NCBI RefSeq assembly: GCF_001194135.2 | Contig: NC_068981.1 | Coordinates: 139,982,678 to 140,046,605 of the forward strand | Direction of reading: 5' to 3' | Origin: Octopus bimaculoides | Lineage: Eukaryota | Length of the DNA stretch: 63,928 nucleotides | Part shown: piece by piece, positions 38,013 through 52,304 of the stretch | How positions within the stretch are numbered: position 1 is the first letter of the stretch | How the letters are laid out: every line of letters starts with the position of its first letter | Translations under genes and position numbers: made by a program | The notes under the pieces: generated by a model | What the model was told of the DNA's origin: nothing | The model's database searches: none | The model's input: the letters and a program-made list of their open reading frames with translations, nothing else

Positions 38013-38926
38013 ATGCTTACCATAGATGTTTCAGTAACTCTTTGTATTATAGTCAACTGTTCTTTCTACTTCGTTGTAGCCGATGTCCCATGACTCATGA
38101 AATACTAAGCAAAATATATAAATAAGTAAATAAATAAATAAATGAATACCTTCAGTATCCTTTCCGTTTGTTAATTCAGTCAACTTTTGACCGTTCAAAT
38201 GAATTAAATTTAATGACTAAGAGAATTACTTAGTACAAAACCTGCAGCGTAACTCAGCCATAGTTCAACCCTATTTGGCTATGTATTAACTCTTCAAATA
38301 ACTATTTTTTTCTTGTATTAATTCTCCCATTACACTTATTTGTAAATGAGTCACTTCATCTTTTCTCAATAAAAGGAGACTGACTAAATATAATTAATTA
38401 TTCAATTGTCGTTCTAGGATCACCAAAGCTCACTTTGCCCTTCGGACATGCACACCTCAACTAACTGGTTCACGAACCCATATGCTCCCGTAAGGCTAAA
38501 TATATTTTCTCCTATAGGCTATTATACGAAGTAAAATTTTCATCATAGAGCGACTTCCTAATGATTTCGTTTATCTATACACACTAGTAATTTAATATTC
38601 AAGCTAGATGCCAAGAAGGTGTTAAATATGCAAATTGGACTATCCAGTTTACTTCAGCTATTAAAATTAAATGGCTCATAAACATGTGTTCGTGTGTATT
38701 TAAGGACGTTGTACAGCTACAGACAAAAACTTGATGCAGAATTGAAATGTGCAGCGTTTGCAGATGTTCCGTATTTTGTAACTTTGACACCCAGTGTAAC
38801 GTACGGCAGTATGTTACATTGGGAGTAAAAATGTAACAGATCAATATGTTACATTGGATGTAAAAGGGTTGCTTAAAAATCTAAAGATAGGTTTTATAGT
38901 ACATTATAGTAGCAAGACGATATATC

Positions 38927-38958
<32 letters not shown>

Positions 38959-40717
38959 ATGATACAATCCTCTACAATAATACCTTATAATATAGTCAGA
39001 TTCAATGTTGGAATGTCCCTCATATAATTATACACACAAAATCTGTTGAACATTATCTCCAATTACGCTATGACTTCAAATATCCCTCATTTCATTTTTC
39101 TTTCACCACATTCAGATTCCAGTAAAACAGTAATGTATAAGGTACAGCGTTCGATATAATCTTTCAAATACTTCGAAGTAGTATCCCACCATGGTTGCAG
39201 TGCAGAAACGAAAGCCAATAAATCAATGAAATAGTAGGCAGAATGCTTTCCTAAAATTTTCTTAATAATAATTCTGTATAAAATCACAATGTTTCTATGG
39301 TAAGGCAACGTGACTCAGCATATATTTCTACATAACAATACTTATATTTTTTATCATCTGAAACATCTTAATCTGATTCTATATGTTGTCCAGTGAGATG
39401 TTAAAGTACTACATCTAATTTTCTCGAGTAAACGACAAACATACTGAATATAAATGGAACGAATAAAACGTAATATTTTATCATGTCATTATTATTCCTA
39501 CCACAAACCATCAATGGCAGTAAAGGAATTGCTTGTAAGTAGATGTAATGAGAAGGAAGGACGTAATATATTTCTGCATCAAATACTTCGTTTATAGTAG
39601 AAATTTACACCTTATGAATTAGCTCGTAAATACAAGGCTTATTATTGGTAGATGACAGCTTTACTTTGCTAATCAGCAACATATTTAACTTGGCACAGTT
39701 TTTATACTAAACAAGCCTGTTGTTAAATATAGTCGATGTCGCACCAACATATGTCTTTCATATATTAATATAATTAACGTCTATCTGAAATCATATACAG
39801 CAGTTTGTATGCGTTGAGGGATTTCAAGGGATATATTTTATTTATTATAAGCATATCTTTATCTTGCATCTGCGTTCTTAAATTACATAAAACTGACAAT
39901 AAATACTATAATTTCAGCTGTTCGTTTTCTTTTCTAAATGTTATTCATCTCCCTAGGCTGTGTAATATTACATTCCTAGTGAGCCTTTATCAATTATATA
40001 ACAACAATTTGATTGAATTTGTGCAAATTATACACAATTTCTTCGTAAGTGTATGCATTGGGGAAGAAGTGTGGATCCACCGAGCAGAATTTGTGACTTT
40101 ATTACTTTTTTCTGTTCATGCCATTCTAACTCTTTTACGCTACAAATGCTTTTGGGATTCTTGAAATGCTCCATACCATTTCAATAAATTTGAAATACCT
40201 AATAAAAGAATAAAAAAGCAATATATATAATATAAACAAGCTATATGCGACAGACTTTAGCAACGGACTTCCGTACAAAATTTCACTATTTTCAGTTTTA
40301 ATATTTTGATCTGTATAACTTTAGACTGAAACAAAACTAAGCTAAACAATGTAACATCATTATAGCTCACAATACTATTTAAATTTCTTAACACACCCAG
40401 TGAAGAGCAAAAAAGGAAAAAAAGCGACGATGAAATTTTTATGACAAAGTTTTAAAGTGATATTTGTGTCTAATTTTTAATGTTTACGACGAATTACTTT
40501 TTCAAGTCAAGTCAATAAATAATCTTGAATATCAGAAGTGTCACTAATACAAACATATGTGGGAAATATAATGGGTATTTAATGTTTTCTTTTATCATTT
40601 AGCTACTATTTTTTAATTACAGAATACTTAAAGCTGGTTAAAAAAGAAAGACTATCACTCTATACACACACATTTTGTAGACACTCACGCACACGCACAT
40701 ATTTATATATATATATG

Positions 40718-40774
<57 letters not shown>

Positions 40775-40924
40775 NNNNNNNNNNNNNNNNNNNNNNNNNN
40801 NNNNNNNNNNNNNNNNNNNNNNNNNNNNNNNNNNNNNNNNNNNNNNNNNNNNNNNNNNNNNNNNNNNNNNNNNNNNNNNNNNNNNNNNNNNNNNNNNNNN
40901 NNTATATATATGTATATATATATA

Positions 40925-40990
40925 TTCTTTTATTCTTTCACTCTTTTATATGTTTCAGCCATAAGGTTGTGGCCATGTTGATGCACCGCC
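40925..40990 (-). mobile_element. SINE family A, 3' end fragment
   Basis: TTCTTTTATTCTTTCACTCTTTTATATGTTTCAGCCATAAGGTTGTGGCCATGTTGATGCACCGCC. Confidence 0.65.
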
Positions 40991-41419
40991 AGTGTAATCA
41001 CCTTTTAATTGGTTAATCCTATGTGATTGGCTTTGGTGAAGAAGAGAGCTCGACACTGCAGCCCTCTTTTGAATTTACTGCTTTGTTATTGATACATTTG
41101 GGATCTTGGATAGTAAGAGGTCAAGTTGTTTCTTAAAAAAGATTATCCCCACTTCCTCAGATGTTTTGACAAGACGTTAGATAGCAGTGGGTCCTTGAAT
41201 CTCAAACTATTGCAGTACATGGTTCTCACCTTAGATGGGGCTGCTTGAGAGCTTTGGAACCAAATTGTTCTGCTCTTAAAAGGATCTTATCCTTTATATA
41301 TACTGTTCAGTATTTATGTGTTGAAAAAATATATCTTTCTACTTCTACAATACATTTCAACGCTTCAAAAACAAACTTATATTTCTTTACCTATGACTAA
41401 TATATATATTAAGTGTTAT

Positions 41420-41783
41420 ATTGCTGTTGGCACTCCGTCGCTTACGACGTCGAGGGTTCCACTTGATCCGATCAACGGAAAAGCCTGCTCGTGAAATTAA
41501 CGTGCAAGTGGCTGAGCACTCCACAGACACGTGTACCCTTAACGTAGTTCTCGGGGATATTCAGCGTGACACAGTGTGACAAGGCCGACCCTTTGAATTA
41601 CAGGCACAACAGAATCAGGAAGAGTGAGAGAAAGTTGTGGTGAAAGAGTACAGCAGGTTTCGCCACTATGCCCCGCCGGAGTCTCGTGGAGCATTTGGTG
41701 TTTTCGCTCAATAAACACTCACAACGCGCGGTCTGGGAATCGAAACCGCGATCCTATGACCGCGAGTCTGCTGCCCTAACCAC
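41420..41783 (-). mobile_element. SINE family D, full length, tRNA(Arg)-like head
   Basis: Reverse complement GGAGGCGCAATGGCCCAGTGGTTAGGGCAGCAGACTCGCGGTC...GGTTTCGATTCCC (A/B boxes, TCG loop); ends GGAACCCTCGACGTCGTAAGCGACGGAGTGCCAAC. Confidence 0.85.
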
Positions 41784-42012
41784 TGGGCCATTGCGCCTCC
41801 ACTAAGTGATATATATATATATATATATGATATATGATANNNNNNNNNNNNNNNNNNNNNNNNNNNNNNNNNNNNNNNNNNNNNNNNNNNNNNNNNNNNN
41901 NNNNNNNNNNNNNNNNNNNNNNNNNNNNNNNNNNNNNNNNNNNNNNNNNNNNNNNNNNNNNNNNNNNNNNNNNNNNNNNNNNNNNNNNNNNNNNNNNNNN
42001 NNNNNNNNNNNN

Positions 42013-42044
<32 letters not shown>

Positions 42045-42055
42045 GTATGTATATA

Positions 42056-42127
42056 GTGTGGAAGCTTAAAAGTAAAAGAGTATATATATATATATATATG
42101 TACTGTTTTACTTTTAAGCTTCCACAC
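42056..42127. repeat. Inverted repeat with perfect 22-bp arms around (TA)n
   Basis: GTGTGGAAGCTTAAAAGTAAAA (42056-42077) and TTTTACTTTTAAGCTTCCACAC (42106-42127). Confidence 0.95.
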
Positions 42128-42733
42128 TTCATTTACATGCACCAAGAAAGCCATTGAGCACACATGATTTCCGTTGACTTTTTCATAATTGTGATATTCA
42201 TTAGTCGTATTAGTGCATGTATCACGTTAGTATGCTGCATGGAGAGAACGTTGGTCACAGGTAGATTTCCAGGTTTTGTATTTCTGGAGAGAAATCTTTG
42301 CTGTTTACAGAAGGAGTTAGAAAAAGACTAAGAGAAAGAGAAATAGTGCTTGCTAAGTCTAGTAGAGAGCCTAGTAATTCAGTGATGAAAGGCATCTAGT
42401 TGTATCTGTAGCAATAGGAAAAACCTACATTTTTGCAAAATAGAGAGTTCACTGTATTGCAGCATTAATAGTTGTCAATTAGTAAGACGACATGCGTTGG
42501 AATACCGACGAAATGTTTGCTCGTTTCAGTTGTTTCATACCCAGTCAAACCCACACATCTCAGATTTGTGCCACACTCACACACTAAAAGACCTCATCAT
42601 CTGTTCAGGTTTGAAGTACCGAATAGCCCACACAATGCGGGCTTTGCTTTGTGTAATATTTGTGTCACCGTTTTATACCAAATATTGTAAATCTTATCAA
42701 TTCATAATAGTTTTAGTCTTGTTTCACATTGGC

Positions 42734-42864
42734 GCAATTTTCTTTAGTGTGTCTTTTATTTATCTACAGAACTAATTTTTCGTAATGATAAGTGGGATTG
42801 CAATTTTCTTTAGTGTGCCTTTTATTTATCTACAGAACGAATTTTGGTAATGATAAGTGGGATT
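42734..42864. repeat. Tandem duplication of a ~65-bp unit
   Basis: GCAATTTTCTTTAGTGTG(T/C)CTTTTATTTATCTACAGAAC...GTAATGATAAGTGGGATT occurs twice. Confidence 0.9.
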
Positions 42865-43424
42865 AAGTTGTCATTGCTCACTTAGGGAATGTTATCAAGG
42901 CTTCTGTTTAATAACAGTTATGCGTGACTTGTCAGTAGAGTCGATATTGAATCTGGATGACTCCTGTGTGAGAATGGTATTTTTATAAGCGAAGTTTCGT
43001 ATTATTTGTACAGGATGTGTGTTTAAATGCAATGGCCAGGTGGCTAATGAGTAACATACTATGTCAGAACCATTAACTGTCTAATAATACTTGTGATCCA
43101 TAACAATTTCACCAAAATCAGCTAAGAATTTTATCTCGATTTCAATGTGCTTTTATTGGGCAAAAAATACGCATGCATGTAGCTTTCTTAATTATTTGAA
43201 TTCTTCCTAAAAAGAAGGAGCTCGTTTCTAACAAAGGAAGAAAGGTGCCTCACTGAAATTTGAATAACAAGAATGATAAATGTTACAGTTTTTAATTTTC
43301 TAGAAAGTCACATATATTTTATGTTCAGGTTATATTTCTAATTTGTAATACACGTTCGAAATAGTCACTTTCTTTGCCTGAAAACCTTGGCTTTCATGAT
43401 TGTCCCATAAATATTGCTAATAAC

Positions 43425-43587
43425 AGCCAAGTGGCTGAGTGTTAAGTAGTTTGCCTCCAAGGCTCATGGTTCCAGGTTCAGACTCACTGCATAGCACCTT
43501 GACCAAATGTCTATTACTAAAGCCTCGGGCCGACGAATGCCTCCGGATTGGATTTGTTGCACGGAATCTGAAAAAAGCCCCCCCCGC

Positions 43588-43590
<3 letters not shown>
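43425..43590 (+). mobile_element. SINE family A, 5' half, running into (TA)n and a gap
   Basis: GGCTGAGTGTTAAGTAGTTTGCC...ATGGTTCCAGGTTCAGACTC...GCACCTTGACC...GCCTCGGGCCGAC. Confidence 0.8.
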
Positions 43591-43636
<46 letters not shown>

Positions 43637-44184
43637 NNNNNNNNNNNNNNNNNNNNNNNNNNNNNNNNNNNNNNNNNNNNNNNNNNNNNNNNNNNNNNNN
43701 NNNNNNNNNNNNNNNNNNNNNNNNNNNNNNNNNNNNNNNNNNNNNNNNNNNNNNNNNNNNNNNNNNNNNNNNNNNNNNNNNNNNNNNNNNNNNNNNNNNN
43801 NNNNNNNNNNNNNNNNNNNNNNNNNNNNNNNNNNNNNNNNNNNNNNNNNNNNNNNNNNNNNNNNNNNNNNNNNNNNNNNNNNNNNNNNNNNNNNNNNNNN
43901 NNNNNNNNNNNNNNNNNNNNNNNNNNNNNNNNNNNNNNNNNNNNNNNNNNNNNNNNNNNNNNNNNNNNATAATGGATACAATAGAAGAAGTCCAAGTCAG
44001 GCAAACTACGATCAACACACATATATATACGGCTTTAGTTAAGATAAAAATAAGAACTGTCCAAGCGAAAGCATATATCGATATATTAGAGATATAAAAA
44101 TATATAAATACTAAAAATATACATGGACATATAAAAATATGGATATATAAACATGAGAATAATGGAATATAAATAAAAGAGCGT

Positions 44185-44580
44185 AATTGTAGGGTCTCTG
44201 ATTCATTTCCGCTCTCTGGTTTCTCTTTACGTAAAAACGTGATCTATAAATGCAGTGTGGCAAACGACAAACATCAAGCTAGAGTATACATAGGAATCAC
44301 TATAAATATTAAAAGACGATATAGAATAAATGTAAATATTTTAACATGTAAAGTTAAAATATAAAAACCCAACAGTGCTAGCTAGATATATACACGACTT
44401 AAAATTACAGAATATTAATTGTCTTGGCCTATTATAGACGAGGCCCCACTATACATTACAATTACGGGCAGATGTAGACTATGCATAACAAATCATATAA
44501 TATTCTTCGCATGTTTAATTCCACTCTTTTAAATAAGATTTCTGACGCTATTCATTTGCGTAAACATAGATACTACTCAA
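44185..44580 (+). mobile_element. Penelope-like GIY-YIG endonuclease remnant
   Basis: NCRVSDSFPLSGFSLRKNVIYKCSV...RVYIGIT, YKNPTVLARYIHDLK and SWPIIDEAP...GRCRLCIT. Confidence 0.8.
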
Positions 44581-44977
44581 TTACTTTGACACGATTTAAA
44601 TCTGCATCCACTTAGCTATAAGCCGAGTAATTTCTATTGCACAACTGAACAACCTACCGCTTATAACAATATATCGCACATTACAAATATAAGTTTTATG
44701 AAAAACAGTAAGCAATCTAATGTTACTCCCATGAGCCCTCATAATGACTTCCGTTATTTGCATAGCTATATCCTCTCTTCTATTAAAGAATCACATACCT
44801 TGGTGAAGAACTGAACGCATATCTAGTATAAACATCATTTTTTCCTGTTGAAGGATACATTCTCTGAAAATAAATCTTAAGATTCATTTGTTATTTGGAC
44901 GAATGAAACCCATTTACGATCATTGGAATACATTATTTTCTTCTATGTAACCCAAAAGTCTTTTTAATGCCTATTAT

Positions 44978-45061
<84 letters not shown>

Positions 45062-45906
45062 ATGTGTTTTAATCGTAGTTTGCATGACTTGAACTTTTTC
45101 TATTGTATCCATCATACTCAAATAACGCCTCAGGTTCGACTGGAGCACATCTACGCTATGTGTCTGAAATGAAAATTATAGCAATTTATATATTTACATA
45201 TATATATGTATTATACAGAATGAGATAACAAAGGCAAGTCTATAAAAATATTGTAGTTTGAGGAAAATGTTGTATAGAAGTGGTAAAAATGTTTCCTGTA
45301 CATGGTATGTAAGTCCCAAAGGCAGTTCATGTTTAGACATTTCAAATTATGGATCCGTGAAGTCAGTGTTGCTCGTTCGAAAGGGTTTTGTGTTGTGAAT
45401 GAAAATTTGAGAATGTATTGGTAGTATTTGTCAATAGATGGAGGAGGGGGGATGTGTATGATTAGAAAGAGGATAGAGGTCAAATTTAAAGCAGGAAGAG
45501 AAAATGAGAGGAAGAAAGAGAGTTAATAGTAAAAACAAAGAAAGGGAGAGAAAAAAAAACAAAAAGTCAAATGAGTATGAATAAATGAAGGGTGAAAGAA
45601 ATAAGAGAAGGAGTTGTGGTTGGTGGTCAGTATAATGTGATGGGAGGATGTGCATGTGTGTATGTGTGTGTACGTGTATATATAAACATATATATGAATA
45701 AGTGTGTATATGTGTACATATGTATACGTATGTACCTGTATGCGCGCATGCCTGTGATTGTATTTACGCGTGCACCTACGCGCACGTATGGCATGTGCAT
45801 GTCTATATATATGTATGCGCACGCATATGCGTGTATGAATACATTTAAGAATGCGCATGGACTTGCATGTGTATATATGCATGAGGATTTATAGGCCTAT
45901 GTATAG

Positions 45907-45966
<60 letters not shown>

Positions 45967-46599
45967 ATGTGTACGCATGTATACATATTCACACATATAT
46001 ATGTATGTGCATTTGTATGTCACTATGCCTTCTTTCCTCCTCTCTGATTCATATCTATCACTAACCTATCAAATATGTCTATTTAGAATAAGTTGACATC
46101 CTTGTATTCTTCCCTCCACTTCAAATTTTACCAACAAAATTACTACTCACTTCGGTATCACCACACCCATACCTTTTCTCTAACTTTTTTTCTACCCATC
46201 CCTTAATGCAGCTCTTTTTGAACTCAAATATTTTCTCACACCGTCTCAGATGAAGGGATATCTGTAATATCCCAGAAAAAGTTGAAAGACTATTTCATTA
46301 TATGTCCTGAAAACATCTCACACTCTTCGCTCTGTTATCTCATTCTGTCTAATACATATATACATGCTAATACAAGACCCACATTAGACTCCTCACTCGT
46401 ATCATTATCGAACCAAGAGTTAATCTACGGCCTGTCCATAGCACTTATTTAACGTTACCCGATACTCTTTGGGTCTTCTAGATACCATTACCTCACATAT
46501 ATATATATACACACACACGCACATATTTATGAACATGTATGTATATATGTATGTATGTACGTATGTGTGTATGCATGCATGTATTTATGCATGCATGTA

Positions 46600-46750
46600 T
46601 CTATGTGTGTGACCTTGTCTCAGGCTGTGCCCTACCGACTCTTGACAATCGGCGTTAGTTTGCTTACGTCCACGTAATCTAGTGGTTTGACAACAGGCAA
46701 CAAAAACAAAATAAGTATAAAAAATGAGTTCTGGTGTCAATTCGTTTGAT
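46600..46750 (+). mobile_element. Old family A 3' half
   Basis: CTTGACAATCGGCGTTAGTTTGCTTACGTCCACGTAATCTAGTGGTTTGAC...AATAAGTA. Confidence 0.55.
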
Positions 46751-46806
46751 TAGAATATCTATCTACCTACCTACCTACCTACCTACACACACACACACAC
46801 TCACAT

Positions 46807-46846
<40 letters not shown>

Positions 46847-47559
46847 TGGAAAATGTGTGAGACCCTTGGTACAGTTTGGTATATTTGAAAAAGGAAAAAG
46901 AATGATTTCACTAGTAGTTCTAATGAGTTTAATCTATTCTTTTTATTATCTTTTGATAAAATAAATTCTAGTTCATACCTCTAATAAGTTCTTTGCTAAC
47001 TTGCATGTAGAAAAGTTTTATTTAATAATTTTCCTTGTTAAATGTTTTGGGACTTTCTTGCATTCGTTGTCCAGCAGATCTGAGGATTTGGGATTTTGTG
47101 ATTCTATATAGAGGATTTGGGTGTGTTTAGAAGGTGTTGGATTTGTTAATTAGTGTGGGAGTGAAAAGCTGTTGAATAATGATAGCTGAAACAAAGTAGT
47201 GAATGATCAAGACAAGATACTTGATGGGGAGTGGTGTTGGGAGATGGTAGGGTGTTAAAGGAGTGTTTTGTGAAGCCAGTTCAATAGTTCATATTACGTT
47301 AGAAATCAAATGACAAGATGTTTTTCCAATTACTTTCTTTCAATCATTTTCTGTTTTAGGTGTGTATCTGGTCGGATGGTGTTAATGAGGTGGAAGATAC
47401 ATGTCTTAATAAAAAAGATTGTTGATAGAAAAGTGGTTTTTAATGTATTTTGGTTTGGGAGTGGTGGTGGGGAGAATGATGCTAGCTCATATTTATTTCC
47501 TTATATATAATAAACAAAAAGTATATATACATTTCTCCCTCTCCTCACACTCACTCGCG

Positions 47560-47618
47560 TATAATGCATACATACAGACAGACACACACACACACATATA
47601 TACACATATATATGTATA

Positions 47619-47657
<39 letters not shown>

Positions 47658-47696
47658 NNNNNNNNNNATATATATATATATATGTATATATATGTA

Positions 47697-47728
<32 letters not shown>

Positions 47729-47939
47729 CAAATGTGCACACACAGATATATAAATCTATATGTATACACATACCCAGATATACACACTTTCCCATGTATA
47801 TACATACACACATACATACACGTGAACACACATATACATACATACATGAAGGTACACATACATATACATATATACGCACACACATGCACGGATATACTCA
47901 TACTTATGCACACATACATATAAATGCGAATCCATACAC

Positions 47940-48010
<71 letters not shown>

Positions 48011-48160
48011 GACGTACATACGCAACACGCATCGATAATATACATATGCATATATATAAACCTATATGAATACACATACACATACATTCTTACATACACA
48101 TATACATACATATATGTGTGTATGTGCGTGCGTCTGTGTGTGTGAATGTGTTTGTGTGTG
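47560..48160. repeat. Long (TA)n/(CA)n/(CATA)n degenerate microsatellite
   Basis: Read directly; source of the YIYI/THTH ORFs. Confidence 0.95.
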
Positions 48161-49133
48161 CTTATAAAAATTCTGTATCAATGGTAACCGTTTAGCTCAA
48201 GCATTGAACTACGAGATTCTGTTTTATGATTACAATAGCAACGAGCTTTTATTTATGACACTACAATCTCGTTGTTAATTGACATTTAGTATATCAGTAA
48301 ATTGGAGTGAGATATTAATTGACCGAAATTTTATTCAAATTCGTCATTCAATGCAATAATGGTTATTAATGTATTAATGTATTCATATACTTTGATAAGA
48401 GCATATTATTAAATATATTTGCGATTGCAAGATAGATCATTCATTATAAAATATATATGTTTTCAATTTATTCTACTGGAATCTAAGCAAAATTTGTGAC
48501 TAATTATATCTATTTTCCCTTGGATGGAAGTTATTGCATATTGCATCATTGAAATGGAAATATACTTACATTTTGAGTAAATGTTTCGATTCGATGAGGA
48601 ACAGAACATTTTCTCATTATTCTCTCCAGCACACCGCCCACCGAATGAAAAAGGAGCAGTTAGGAATCCATTATATTTTGACTTGATGTAAAAGAAGTAG
48701 CAGATATATGTGCTGCGCACCACAACGTTGTTTATTATGAGAAAATATAGAATGATATGCATACACAGAAAAGGCAGGAAAGACAGAGATGGGATACTTT
48801 TAACTATAGGCCTGTTAAACAAGAGCTGATGTGTGTTTACACAGCTACAAAAAAAAAATGCAGATCTTATGAAAACAAAAACGGAATTATTTGTAAACAG
48901 AATAAGCAGACATAAAAGCAATGTATTTTATATATTGTTAGTATAATGGGCCGTAGCGTGAGAAATATTCAAGTCCAAACACAGACATACGCAAAAAAAA
49001 AAACCCTACATTTGTTTTGTAACATTTATATGTGATTCTTATATGTTAATGTTTGGTTTACTTCTGATTATGTGAATTATTGTAAGGGATGCGCATAATG
49101 CTGATAACTATACTGGAATGTATATTCGTACAC

Positions 49134-49189
<56 letters not shown>

Positions 49190-50836
49190 GCACGCACGCA
49201 CGCACAAACACACACATCGATATACTACACACGAATATTATTTGATAGCGAAACAAGATAAATTTTATCAATCAGATATTTTGCATATTTTCACCTACTC
49301 CTTATGGCAGATATCGAGCTGACAGTAATTCTGATATAAGAAGATGATTTTTTTTCTCACTTTGTTAATCATTATTACTATGCTGTGATGATATCCAATC
49401 ATTACGTAAATATAAAGGTGGCCTAATTATAGTACAGCAATGCCCCGAATGTTTTTTCGCTTATATCTCATACGAGATAAAAACATTGCAATATTTTTAG
49501 GGTAGCATTATTGCAGAGATTTGCGAGAAATGACTATTACTATGAATAGAAAATCACATTGCACGTTTCTTCTGGAGCACATTGGCTTGATCTGAGTGTC
49601 TTGTTAAAAATGATGAAATTGTTAACCATGTACTCTGCTTATACTAAAATTACTTCCTAATGACATTTTATAAATGTCAAGATAAAAGGGGATTATATGG
49701 ATAAAACCTGAATGGCGAAACTTGCCCTGTAATTTATAGAACATGTGTAGTATATTTCCTGAAAGAAAACATGCTGTCATCGCCCTACATTTGACTTGTA
49801 TAACCCTTTCTATTGATCTCTTATTCTCATCATGATGTTAAAATGTTCTCTGGGTATATGAGTCCACACATATCATCACAAAATGCACACCTGCAAGCAT
49901 TAACACAAAGACAGAGATACATTCCACATGTATGTTTTGTGGTTATGTATGTCAGTGTGAAGGAATAAGAACTCATGTGGAGTATTAAGCAGGTAAGCTA
50001 TCTCTCTAGTTATTTCCTACTCCATACCGCACATTTTTGGGATTTCTTGCTTGGCTCACTTTTAAAGTAATTTCGTATAAAGAGCTTCAACAGAGAGAAA
50101 CATAATCATTACACACTGGATATATTCATGCACACATACACAGGCTAGTACATTCACATATTAGCTTAAAAGGTTATATCAACACATTCTGTTCCGGAAT
50201 AGCTGCCCATACATGTTTAATATGTTGGATATGTCACCAATTCACTTATACACCTAGAAGCATTAATAGCCAAAGAGGTTCTCAACTGGCTGAACTTTGA
50301 CGTACGTCGCAAGATAATAATGATTGAAATGATAACTTTTAACATAATGCATAAATACACCTTATTGATATAATCATTATCACATTCACTACGTGCGATA
50401 TCATACATTATTGCTGGTGATATCTTAAGAAGCTAGTTCTGGAATAAGTGATAATCAACCTCGTTGGCTTTTGAACTCTACTTAATAATTAACACGTAGC
50501 ACTCTCTGACTGACAGATTCATTGGCTCAAGTGCACACACACACATACACACACACACACACACACTTACATACACACATACACACATACACATGCGTAC
50601 ACCCATACATACTTATGTGAATGTCTGTGTGTATGTGTGTGTGTTTTATTTGAACGAATGTATACAACATATTCTGTACTGATACGATAAGCAGAAATTG
50701 CTATATCTATTTGCAAATGTGTCTTAACGATTATATCGATCCTGGTTCTTGATTGGAAGTATATGATTGATCTCGGAAGAAGAAAGAACTAATTCCAATT
50801 CAGTTAGGTTTGAAATCAGAACATAATCACACGTAC

Positions 50837-51024
50837 CTATATACCGTATTTCACTCCGATCACCATGTTACTGATTCTTTCATTCACCATCCTGAGTATG
50901 AGATTCAGTTGCCATGAAATTGTAACACATGAATATATGGTGATATTTGCATATCCTCTTCCATCAGGGCGTAACCGGTTCCGAATATCTATGTTCAAAA
51001 GCATGCCGGCTGTGACCAGGCTGC
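50837..51024 (-). other. Candidate exon (unidentified host transcript)
   Basis: Acceptor ATATTCCTCCATAG| and donor ATAG|GTACGT; 188 nt; GC-richer and non-repetitive. One open frame ends in TAG at the donor. No homology recognised. Confidence 0.25.
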
Positions 51025-51519
51025 CTATGGAGGAATATATTATAGTATAATACCAAATATGTTCTTCCCGTTTGTAAAGCCGTCGTGGGGCGATTGGAGG
51101 CCATTTAAATGCTAATTCTAGTTTGTTTACAAGGAGGCAAAAACCGCAACATGTTTGACTAAATACAAAACTATTACTTTCCTCTTTCACTTTAGTCTGA
51201 GGAGATCTATCATTTGGGCCGATTCAGACTGTTATCATGAAATGCTATTAAACCGAAACGATAGTCTGTCTTACTTTCCTACAAAACCGAAAAAGGAAAC
51301 GAAATATTAATAATAAAAAAGAAAACGGAAAACCATTGATGAAAAAGAGAAAACAAATTACTTCCGTAGTTTTCTTAATAGCACTGACTGTTATTTTAAT
51401 GATCGATATAACCGTTTTCTTTAAGGATTAACATTAAACTCTCTTGTAAAAATGTGCACTTTTCTACTGGGAGTTCAATAAACGCCAACGTTTATACAGA
51501 GCGCGGACAACAATAAGAC

Positions 51520-51690
51520 TAAGTTTCTTCGTCTTAGTTTATCCCGCTCTTCGTGGACCATAGCTTCAAAGGAGATCTCCAGCCAGCAAGGTCGTAAGCT
51601 CCTTGAACCTGCTCCCAAGTTAACCCCACATCTGTCAGATCATTCTGCCTTTTCCTCAAATAAACCTCCACAGGTTAACCTCAGTTAATA
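51520..51690 (-). mobile_element. RTE-like LINE 3' end fragment
   Basis: DLTDVGLTWEQVQGAYDLAGWRSPLKLWSTKSG resembles the RTE C-terminus 'DL..GLTWEEA...DR..WR..AL'. Confidence 0.5.
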
Positions 51691-52304
51691 CACCTCCTTA
51701 CACAATATTATACACCCAGATATTTCTTAAATCAACAGGATCGTAGAGAACTGTTAGGAGTGTTAGAGTATCAAATAACACACTATTCAGTCGTATATTT
51801 TTATATTCCGAGTGAGGATGATGTAGTAATTTTGCCATTGAACCTTCCGGGTGTAATAAAGTAACTATCAGTCATCTAATGGAATGGAATTAATAACTTG
51901 TAAGCTTTCCTAAAATGTCTGGCTTTATGTTAATCTTAGAAACAAATTATCTATAATAATACACAAATATGCCTTTTGCTGAAGAAACTCACAAACCATA
52001 TAACAATAAACAATCAAAATGTTTCTCTTAATATCTCTGTTTTATTGCTTTAGAATAGATAAAAATATGATGAGGCTCGATTATAATTATTTTCATTAAG
52101 AAATTAAAGTGGAAAACAACAACATAATAACAAACAAAAAACATGCAATATATTCGTTAAAGGTCAAATTCTGCGAAGATACGATAAAAGTATTGCTGAC
52201 TCAGGCATTGTGCAAAAATTAAAAGTTTCACTCCTAGAATCCCTGAAGTAATTGCAAATATTCTTCGTAATTTAATAAAACCAGAGATAATTTATTTTTT
52301 ATAG

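Noticed and set aside
48463-48921. 152-aa minus-strand ORF with acceptor at 48845 and donor at 48569
   Set aside because: AT-rich, Phe/Ile/Cys-biased composition, no recognisable domain, and the phase does not fit the other candidate exons.
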